DNA of 64,000 nucleotides from Oopsacas minuta (lineage: Eukaryota; Animalia; Porifera). Below are positions 53,880-64,000 of the stretch, in pieces; the stretch's first letter is position 1, and each line of letters begins with the position of its first letter. Location: positions 111,072 to 175,071 of the forward strand of contig JAKMXF010000352.1 in the NCBI GenBank assembly GCA_024704765.1, given 5' to 3'. A program made the translations under genes and the position numbers. The notes below the pieces were generated by a model, which saw nothing but the letters and a program-made list of their open reading frames with translations, was not told where the DNA came from and did no database searches.

Positions 53880-54250
53880 GTTGGATTATTGGAACTTACT
53901 CTTGCTTGGTCTACCAGATCTTGACATTAGCAGACTAAAGAGCGTACAATATGCAGCTGCCCAACTGGTTTTCAGACACAAAAAATCTGAAAATAATATT
54001 CCAATACTTATCAACTTACACTGGTTACCAGTGAAAGCTCGGATTGAATAGAAAATTCTGATAATTGTTTACAAAAATTAGCTGTATGATGCCCTATATC
54101 TCTTAAGAGTTTGAAATCTTTTTCAGAATCTACATATGACCTTAGATCCACTCCTCCGAACCTACTTCGACCACCCAGGTATAGAATAAAACATTATGGT
54201 GACTGTGATTTTCATATGCTGCACCAAGGCTATGGAATTCCTCTCAAATC
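53880..54250 (+). mobile_element. 5'-truncated L2/CR1-group LINE (C-terminal ORF2 fragment)
   Basis: 'LDYWNLLLLGLP..ISRLKSVQYAAAQLV..ILINLHWLPVKARIE*KIL..YDLRS..YAAPRLWN'. Confidence 0.8.
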
Positions 54251-54734
54251 AAATAATAAATTGAGCTTTGCTTGATATACAAAAAGAAATCAAAACATTC
54301 ATATAAATGGTCATGGAAATATTAGTTAACGAAATACATTAAGTACTTCTATATAGTGGATTGCACAATATGTCTATCTTTGTCTAAAGTGACATGTAAA
54401 GCATTGAGACTTTTGTGGAAAACATACAAATACTGTAAAAATAATTGTTATTGTTATAAACTAAGAAAGTATTCAAAAAATATAATATTACAAAAAGGAG
54501 TGATATTTTCAAACAAATTTTAAACCCATAATCCACAACCCCTCAATAGCATCCAGAAGAAAAATAATACAAAAAATAATGAGAAGCGGTCGAATTCCAT
54601 AATAAAATTAACATGATTGGGAAAATTTCCAAACCTTGATGCTAAGTTACACATATTTTGCAATATTCTGATGACACTTCATAATCATAAAATACAAATT
54701 GCAACCAGTACCGACAGCTTAGTCTATTAAATTA

Positions 54735-55708
54735 AATTTGTTGTAAAAGTGGAACTATCAATTGGAGCCACTATGAAAGGTTAGATTGAATCCTAATGCA
54801 CATAGCGATCCAATTAATAGTACCACTTTTAACCCATTCAAATTAAATAGACTAAGCTAACTGCACAAGTTGCAATTTTATATTTCTTGGGAGAGAACGA
54901 GGATTTCAAATCTATTAAAGAATATATTGAATATTTACTATGATCTTCTAGCCCAAAAATGTTCAATTAGTTTGCAAGGATTATCAGTTGACTAAATAAT
55001 ATTAATAGAAGGGAATAGTGGAGGAGATTTCATTGGTACAAATTCAAGAGCGTCAAATTCGGAATCAGAGTATTCAATTATCCCCTTTGGCTGTTTAGAA
55101 CAATCTTCTACGAGTATTCATAGGGTATATAATCGAGCAAATCCATGTCTTTTAAATTATCCATAGTTAATATGAAAAATATCATATTCATAAATATAAT
55201 ATAAATAATTAAAGCTACCGATAAATTGAGATATTCACTGAATGCCTATTATATACAGCACTAGAAGTACCATTGTTTAACAATAAATATTAACATCTAA
55301 GAACAATAGAATCATTAAAGATGACATAGTACCATATAATGAATATTATCATTTATTTCAGCATAAAAACTATACCCAATATAATAATTCTAGAAGAGTA
55401 CGAATGTGTAGAATTTGTTTCGCTTTGGAAAAGTGTGGAAATTTGGCGCCTTTCCTGTAATAATTTTTTGCTAGAGGCCAGACAAAAGTTTGGCAGTGTG
55501 AAATAGTGGCACTTGGTGTCCGATACATTAGCAAAGTGGAGAAGCACACCCAACGAATATCTTCAATAGTTCTCACACCATATCCACCTTAATTCTATCC
55601 AGTTTTGGCTGGAGGGCTTTCACGGAGAAAATATCCATAGAAAAACAAGAATATAGGCAACCATTTCAATACTGGGCACTATACTAAAGTATAGTCGGTA
55701 CAGTTAAA
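54735..55708 (+). repeat. Copy 2 of ~1 kb direct repeat
   Basis: Aligns with 37386-38366. Confidence 0.95.
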
Positions 55709-58125
55709 ACGCTATTCTTTCGGATAATAACACGTTTTTTTCTTCACCTATACGAAATTTGAGAATATAAACGATTGAAGTGAAAAAGTTTTTTGGTTCG
55801 AATTGGCTCCAACTTCTTTTCTGCTGTTCGGGAATTTTGATAAAATGATCAGAATGTGATCACCTCCTGTGTCGCTAAGGAATCCATTGTGGTAAATTGA
55901 AGCTGTAACTCGAAAAGTATAGATCCTCTATAGCTGAAACAAATGTTTTTGCAATATGGTACTTCCAATTCACGAATTATTCAATACAATGGCGTACCAT
56001 TTTCAACATCTTTAGAGAAATTCGATTATAATGAAATGATAGAGCGTATACTATTCAATAAATCGAAGTATAATGTTGCCAAAACACCATCAACTATAGA
56101 TCGATAGGATTTATAGTTGTCAAGGTACAGCTTCAATATAACAAAAGTTTTAGGTCCTAGCTGGTAAAATCGTATCTAAGTTAGTAAACTAGAGCAAACT
56201 AGCGAGGATCCATATAATAGATAATACAAATATGCTACTCTTGCTTTCTTCAGGTGATAATTTCGCTGAGCTCAGGACTGTATATATAGATAAAGTCCTT
56301 CATATTCCAATATCAAGTACTGGACAAATGGCTTTCGTGATGGATAGGAGTCTTTGGAAGATGGATTCCGGATCGGTGTCCCAAAATCTGTTACCCCTTG
56401 GAAATATCTTGAGGTTGAGTGGTTGCTAGAAGATTAGCAATGCGTGTTTGAATGTCAACGAGAGCAACATATGCTGTACTAGTTGATGGGATGTAAGCTA
56501 TCAATATTGGGTCCAGGAGGGTTCAGCATTAACACTAACAGGTGCTCAGAATGACCATCATGAAATGTGCGTAAAAAATCTCAGATCAGGATAGGCCTAA
56601 GAAAGTTGTATGAAGGTCCCTAAAAGCGATCCTTCCTGAAGATTACAAACAAGTATTTTGACTGGTTATCCTGTGAAAACAAGCATTAAGTGCAAGGGTA
56701 ATTATATCGAAGTTGTGATCATAATGATTAAGATTACAATGTAATAATGAAATTATAGCGATGGGCCTAGGACTAATTGTAATTCTAAAAATAGTTAGCC
56801 AATTATCAATCCAATCAACAAAGTGTGCCTAGAAATACGTAATTAGAATTACTTTCATGGATATAGTAAGAATTGTTAATTAACAAAGTCAAATAGTTAG
56901 TTCACTAATGTTTGTTCATAGCCAGTATATATAAACGTATAGTTGAATTGAAAGAATTTTGCATAGTTAGCGGATTTTTCAGTTAAACAGCAGTTACACA
57001 AAAATGAATAGTAAGAAAATGGATTGTAAGAACGTTATGAAACGGCAACAATAGTTAAATTTCATTGCGATAAGCAGATAGAGTCTCATATACTGTATTT
57101 GATACTAAATATACCCAACATGTGTCAAGTCTAGAATGAATTCGGATTGACACCAGTGTTTCACGAATTAACCAAATTCGCACTTGTACTGCAACATACA
57201 CATAGAGATCGATAGAATAATCGCGTTTTAATTGTATAGATGGGGGTGGGCAAATCATGCCCTTCGAAACAATATTTCGTGGCACTAAAGAAGTTATTAT
57301 CTATGTATTATTCTTGGCCCGCCAGTTAATCTGGAAATGTTATGTCGGGACATAAAATTATACATGTTCCGCAACCTACGTTAATTCAATCAGTGAACAA
57401 AAAGCTAAAGATGCCTAGACATTGCTTACTCTACCTGACAATTTCTTTCGATGTAGAATTCATAAATTCGCTTTGTCCCTACCCTCACACATGTTAGACT
57501 CTAGTGAATATCATGAATAAACAGTTAAAATGGCTTGAGAATTGGGATTCCATGGCCTGAAGCATGAATATTTCCTAACACATTGAATTTTAACACGAAA
57601 ATCTATTGTTGTGCATATATTTGACCTAATTATGTATTTAACACAGATTTTACACATATTATACTATGCCGACTCTACCATAATAATATTAATATAATCG
57701 TCCAGTATTGATATCAGCGCTTTCAGATCGATGAACTTGTGGAATAGAGCAAATGAATATTCGTATTTTTAACCACCAAATTATGAATAAAAATAAATTA
57801 CGCTCGTAAATCTATGTGAAATATGCCAAAGAGAAAATCATCTTAAAGTGGCCCGCGGAATTTAATCAAGGCAAAATATGGTGCCCGAGAAAGAAAGCTT
57901 TCCCACCCTTGATAGAGATGCTTGGGCTGTATTTATAAACATCGCATATAATGTTGGCAATAGATTATCAACATTAACCATCATAGATGCATGAATACCA
58001 ATAATATAGTCCATATACATGTAAAGTTGTACATAAAAGTGGCACCTACAATGCAAAAGATATACTTTTGCGCGCATATATATATTCAGCAGTAGGACAA
58101 AAGATAGAGTGGAGTATCTCGTTAC

Positions 58126-58576
58126 CTGATCCAGTGAGAATAGTATTAGGATAATCAAATGAATTACAAGATATCTCGATCTGATCCTGAGTCCAAAGCT
58201 TATAACCATGGTGCAACGCCATTCTTGCACCGTAAATACCCATAATACCGCTGAGTAGAAGGGCATCTGGAGATACATTGCCAGATGCTAGCCTATGAGA
58301 ACTAAGGTTATAGAAAGATAAACACATCACACTCAACCCAAATCCCATTTTATCACGAGCTAGGGACGGGTTATGTAACAAGCCTAGAACATTGAGAGAG
58401 AAAGGAATAGAGAAAGAGATAGCGAAGCTGCCAGCTACTAGAACAGCACGACGCATCTCTAAAATCAAGGAGACAACAGATTTTGGTGTGCATGTAATTG
58501 AATATGCCCAATTCAAGAGAAAAATGTAACCACCAACCTGTAGAATTGAGAGAACGACAGAAACTGCATTTCCCAT
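58126..58576 (-). CDS. DUF1295-like membrane protein, exon 1
   Basis: ATG at 58576 (MGNAVS). 'GFGLSVMCLS..LLLSGIMGIYGARMALHHGYK' matches the DUF1295 'GYGLSV..YGLRL..L.R' pattern. Donor CAG|GTAACG at 58125 (451 nt, phase 1); spliced total 939 nt = 312 aa. Confidence 0.75.
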
Positions 58577-58865
58577 TATGAGTTCGCAAAATGAATAGAA
58601 GAATTAGTTTCACAAGGAAAAATGAACAAGTGTGAGGTCAAAAATGAATGTATAAGCATGAGAAATCCCAACAACAGAGAAAAATTTCTTTAAAGCTATA
58701 GAAAAGATGTAACAATATAGAGATTAGAAGTAGAGGTACTAAATTCTGCGTAATTAAGCGATTGTCTCATGGATATATATACAAGCCTTTAGCTCGTCGC
58801 TTCGCGATGTACTCGTCGCATTGCGCCTCGAGGCATCCATTATTCTCCAAATTGACGGCCCTTTC

Positions 58866-59188
58866 GAGTAACCTCCGAGATCCGGACCTCCAAGATATGG
58901 GCACCTCCCTCAACCGGCACCCTTATTTTAAATCGGTCCAAAAGAATTTCACCATTTCATATAATTCTCCTCATACTAACGTTGACTTCAGTTACTATAT
59001 TTCATATTGGATTACGTTTGTACACAGTATGTAAACTTAATAACAGAATTCGAATACCGAAGGGAACTCATATGTACATTATGGGTTGTAACTACCATAG
59101 AGTTAATGATATTTCCGAGATCCGGGCAATTTCTAAGATCCAGGCACCCTCCGGTCCCACACTGCCCGGATTTCGGAGGTTCTACTGT
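58866..59188. mobile_element. pogo/Tigger-like MITE remnant upstream of the DUF1295 gene
   Basis: Right end rc cagtagaacctccgaaatccgg followed by TA; degraded left end gagtaacctccgagatccgg. Confidence 0.5.
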
Positions 59189-59659
59189 ATTTCGAACAAT
59201 GCAATTCACAAATATATGTATTCGCATATATATTATTGAAGAATTATGTGAGATCAACCCGCTTTGTAGCCGTTTGGAGCAAGTATCTACGTAAATTTTG
59301 AGATTTGGATAATTTGTACGAGTGTGAAGTTGGGTGAATATTCGACCAGCAGTACTTCAACGATTAATTTGACTAACTTCCCATGGTCAGAGTGTAAATA
59401 TTTTTTGTATTAAGCACACAAATTTAATGAAACGTTCTAATCTATTCTAACAGTAGTAACGCATACAGATTACTACAATATCAACTGTTTGACCTCATTT
59501 GACTCATTAGGAATTAGTTAAAGATCAGAATATACTTTCAATTAATGCCATAGCATTTACTTTCTACACATTCCAAAATAGATTAAATAATAATCAAAGT
59601 TTATATGTCGAGTAGAAATGAATAATTCAGAGTTATTTGCAAAATTTCAATGACTTAAT

Positions 59660-60317
59660 CAACTAAGGTTAGATGTACGATGAAATCATTCTAATAAGAT
59701 AGATATCCATAAGATAAATTCTACATTTGAAATACAAAACACTGTTGCTGAAGAGTACACCTCTTGAAATAGTGCTTTGGTATTTCTATCAATATTATCA
59801 CATATTGACAAGACTAGCAGGGTTTCACTCTATGATTCTTTATACATGGAGTCAACTAGTGAGGCCCTAGGCACACAGATAGCTCTTTTATATCGTAGGG
59901 AGGTGGAACCTAACAATCCATGCACCGCCTAATCAAAAACTGCAAAGAAGTGGAGCAGATTGTGGACCCTTCGCTATTGCCAATGCTTAGCATTGGCAAT
60001 GGGTCAAGATCCTACAAGTCAAAGTTGGCGGCAAGATAGGATGAGACTCCATCTTGGTGAGTGCTTGCACACTGAAGATTTCGCCATTCGCAACTATTAA
60101 CAACCAGAAACTGAAGTCTACAATTCAGATGAATCATGAGCACCAATTTGGTATCAAGATATTTTGTTATTGTCGCCTACTCTCGCATGCTTTCAGTTTC
60201 AAGGTGGAATGTCCAAAATGTAAGAACTGGTATCACAAGCCTTGTGTCGGACTACTAGATACAGTAGCCAAGGTTCTTACATTTAAGTGCAGAACTTGTT
60301 TTGAAAAGATAATATAA
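59660..60317 (+). pseudogene. Decayed Ulp1/SENP-type cysteine protease + PHD finger
   Basis: 'G*MYDEII', 'VSLYDSL', 'QRSGADCGPFAIANA', 'ALAMGQDP..QDRMRLHL..CL', then PHD 'IFCYCRL..VECPKCKNWYHKPCVGL..FKCRTC'; at least 3 frameshifts. Confidence 0.75.
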
Positions 60318-60544
60318 TCTCTAGAGAAATCACTTTTTAGCTAATAGAAATGATTTTGGGACCCCTTCCCCATCTATAGTAATTTGCCATTTTTATTACT
60401 TGTAGTTTGGTTAAGTTTATGAACTCACATGATGATATTTTTGGTGGTATAAGCATAATTACTACCACACATAATTCTTCTAAAAAACAAAGAAAACAAT
60501 TCACATAAATAATATTGTATAGTAAGAGGTATCACCAATCAGTG

Positions 60545-63310
60545 AATCACTAAGAGTCTGTGAATTTGGATCTGTTATTCTTGTTCAAACTAGAAAGAAA
60601 AGACCTTGTTGTGTAAATCATATTTCAATTCGCATGTAAGCTATTGTGTTGGTATTCTTCTCAATGAAGAAAACATCTGCTCACAAGTCTGTGAATTGAT
60701 TTTCTAGAATTCTTCTACTTTGATAGACTTTATAGAATAAGATGAGTTTCATCAGTGTTTACGATAATGAAATCGATCTATAAGAAATGTCATATTCCTG
60801 AATAGTCTGGGATCCCTATATAAATATATCTTAAGAATTGGGCACCTATATTGACTAGTATTATTTACTAGATATAATCAAACTGATATTTTTACTTCAT
60901 CATACAGGTCTTTATGCAAGTTGCAAGCATGATCGTAAATTATTACTTGTGGCTGAACTCTGAATAGTGAAATAAGTATGTTAAAGATAACAATTGTAGA
61001 TTCCTTTGTCGCATTATTTGAAATCCGTAACAGATTCGGTATTTGCAAACAATAATAATCAATAGAGGCGAAAATTGAATATGTTTAGGATAAGATTTAG
61101 AAAATTTATCACCTATATCTTCTGGATCAGATTCAAATGATAGCATCCCACAGAATACAAGCACTATGAACCTCATTATTTCTAAAATAATAGTTGAAAA
61201 TCTTTATATATATATTCAATTACTTACTGCTAGTGTTTAGAAAATGTTGGAAAATAATTCTAATAATCGTCTAGAGGTGGTGTGTATTCAATGAGGTTTC
61301 TGCTAGGTCATTTAATGAGGCGTTCAATTTGGCTCATGATATCTAGTAAGAGTGAAGCAACCACAGGACGTAATTTGAAAATATCTTTCTTAATTGTAGC
61401 AGGTGTAACTGAGTTAAACAAAAGCTTCAATGTATGCGTCTTTCCGTATATAGATGGTAATTCGTTAACAAATACAGATGTTCCTAGGGATAGTGAAGCA
61501 ATAACCTTCCTTTCTTGGTGGTTTAATAAAGAAAATTGAAAATAAACCCGGTAATGGTCAGTGTGACAGAAATGTTGGACAACACTTCTTGAATTTGGGA
61601 AAGTTGAACTATCGCTAACAATTCTACTTTCTTCTAAAATTTTTGTATGTATAATGTAATCACCTAACTCATTTGGAATGAAATCAATGGCTTTGTTGAA
61701 TATAGTCTCAGGAAAACCAATTTCACATAATTTATTAAGCCAATTTCTTAATTCTGACTTTAATATAAACGACCTGTCTGAGAATGGGCCATAGAAGAAT
61801 GCTGGGTTTCATCAACTTGAGGATGTAACTCGGGTATTGGCTCCGTAGTCCCCATGGCAATCCCATCTATGATAATAACTTCTGGCTTATCTTTACACAA
61901 CGGACAAGAGAATTGTGTTTGATGGTTAACATCTGCCATTCTTAGATAGTCATTCCAAGCATGTCTGAGAACGTGATATTGTAACATCTATTTCCTCCCC
62001 ATTCTCTAAAACTTGCTGTTTAGTGCACTATAAATGAAATAAATTAGTAATATAAAATTTCATGACAAGATAACAGTAGTATCACAAAATTCAAGAATTA
62101 CCATAAATATCCATATAATGTAGCTCTGGACTTAGTCATCAGCTCACTGTACCCATACAACAATCCATAATGTATGAATAGCGGTTGTTTATGTTAAGAA
62201 TTTTGTTGTTTCGTCCTTCAAATACTACTATACAGCGGCAAGGGCCATTACACCTGGAACTGAATACTAAAGGAATTGAATATGTCTTAAAATAAATGCA
62301 GTTCTAAAGCATAGTATATATATGTATTTCACCCTCCAAATTTCATCCGCCAAGTAGAGAACTTGGCAATACACAATTTGTAGGGTAATATATACCTTTA
62401 TGATCTTTATACTCTAGAATATCATTTTCTAAATACAATATTATGTTAATTCTCTCAAGTAATAATTAATCTTCTGTATTGAATAGATAACTTTGGGCAC
62501 ACTTTGCTGTACTGGTACGAGTTGTAATGGTAATTAAAATCCTTGAGAGAGTTGTTGACTATACACAGAAGACTGTTTGTCATCAAAGGTTAGCGGTATT
62601 GGTAGGTAGAAATGGTTGGATATTCCATTGAGTCTGACTTAGGGATTGCATTTCTGTCATTTCGATCTTTAAGGCAGATGTAATTGCGTAAACAGTTGAA
62701 ATCATTTTGCAGATCTTGGAACAATTATTGCAATTCCAAACTTCTTTTTTACGGGAAAAACTGTGATATTTTTCGGTTCGAGATGAAATAAACTTTTTCA
62801 TTTAGAAGGTAGTGAGTTGCTTTATCCAACTGAGAAGATTTATAAACAATCAATATGTTATACTCCAAACAAAGCTCATATCTTGGAAGTGGAGACAATT
62901 GTCACTCAGGCAATACAACATGCCTTTAAGTCAATATCGATAACAATCATCTTCTTATTGAGATACACCTTTCCTATATAATAATTACAGAATGATAAAT
63001 GCGTGGTCTCAATTCCAATATTGGATACTATTAATAATGATATATACCTTCAACGGTTTCAAAAGCACCAATTATCATGTATTTGCATCCTCTAGTACCA
63101 CAATTTACATCCTTCGACTAATAGTCTAACATGTTGATCAAGTGTTGATATGTCAAATAGACTTTCAGTTACCACTAAATCTGAATCCGCCAATTTACAG
63201 TCATCTGCTAAAAAGATAAAATATGTCAAGAATGTAATCGTATTAGAATTTATACTTATCTCTGAGTGATTCCTTGCCTGATGTATGGACCATTGGAATG
63301 TCATCGGCTA
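60545..63310 (-). pseudogene. Decayed KDZ (Kyakuja-Dileera-Zisupton/HMGXB3-like) transposase with N-terminal CxC clusters
   Basis: Colinear 'WNCNNCSKIC', 'CNGPCRC..FEGRNNKILNINN', 'FSCPLCKDKPEVIIIDGIAMG', 'SDRSFI', 'KH..FSP..IVCKYRICYGFQIM', 'PQVIIYDHACNLH', 'FLIDRFHYRKH', 'INSQTCEQMFSSLRRI', 'AYM'. Confidence 0.75.
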
Positions 63311-63602
63311 CTCGACTTTGATATTCAGAAATAAGGATTCTGTCTATATTAATGGTCAAAATACTTTCTTCTTCTAGAATCGTTCGTTTCCTGGAATGCT
63401 TGGGAGGCTGAAACTCTAAGAATGATATTTTTCGGCCATGATTTGCACCACAACTCCCAAAAATTCAAAAACTATTAATATAAATTAAATTTTGGGTTAA
63501 ATTTACATGAGCTAAATATTCATCTAACTGTGGTATTTGCATTCGCAAAGTCTTGATTTAATAATCCTTGTACTAAATCATGATAAGTAAATTTATTAAT
63601 GC

Positions 63603-64000
63603 AACGAGAGGCACTCGAAAAGCTTTAACGTTGACCGATATATCAGATAAGAATCATAAATTTGACTATTACATTATTTCAAAATATTCTCCCTGACAAT
63701 CTATACATTTTTCCATTCTGGTAAACCAATTATCAAAATATTTTTTCCACTCTCCTTTGGGCATGTCTCCGATCGCTTGGAAAAGTGTTTCGCTGAACTC
63801 CTCATTAGTCGAAAATCTCCCACGTACGTCATTGATGTTTGAGTCTAGGGAACAACCAGAAGTCGCAAGGGGCTAAATCAGGGCTGTAGGGTGGGTAGGT
63901 TGGTGGGGTAATGTTTTGAATCCAGAATTTTCCAAAAATTCACGAGTTCTGATTGCCGTATGCGATGATGCATTATCATGATGAAGAAGAATTCCTCTAA
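63603..64000 (-). mobile_element. Mariner element 3' part (continues beyond window)
   Basis: 'LHHDNASSHTA..TREFLENSGFKTLPH', 'CDFWLFPRLK', 'WFTRMEKCIDCQGEYFE*' (stop at 63669). Confidence 0.85.

Noticed and set aside
56200-56650. GC-richer stretch with protein-like frames
   Set aside because: No recognisable motif or splice-compatible exon; probably an unidentifiable TE remnant.
57955-58125. Short 80-nt intron (acceptor at 58046) giving a truncated DUF1295 product
   Set aside because: Possible minor isoform, but it lacks the C-terminal family motifs supplied in phase by the 45 kb and 41 kb exons.

Overview
AT-rich eukaryotic nuclear DNA, most likely an invertebrate animal (inferred from GT-AG introns, an animal-type mannosidase N-terminus and the transposon spectrum; the taxon cannot be fixed from sequence alone). 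Two host genes are supportable, both on the minus strand. One is a 3-exon, ~312-aa DUF1295/steroid-5-alpha-reductase-like membrane protein (58576->40842, introns ~12.7 and ~4.1 kb, splice phases compatible) whose signature motif is altered. The other is the first coding exon of a Golgi class I alpha-1,2-mannosidase-like gene (11693->11333), whose remaining exons were not found. One or two decayed intronless 7TM/GPCR-like frames are also present. The rest is a nested graveyard of mostly DNA transposons: several Tc1/mariner types, hATs and MITEs with clear TIRs/TSDs, Chapaev3, Ginger-like, THAP-bearing, Gypsy and L2 fragments. Three rarer relics stand out: a Transib/RAG1-like transposase split by two mariners, a multi-zinc-finger P-element-like transposase between long inverted repeats, and a KDZ-type transposase facing a Ulp1-PHD gene. 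A ~1 kb direct repeat with a near-identical core brackets exons 2-3 of the DUF1295 gene. No rRNA, tRNA or CRISPR array was found. All family assignments rest on motifs recognised by eye, not database searches.
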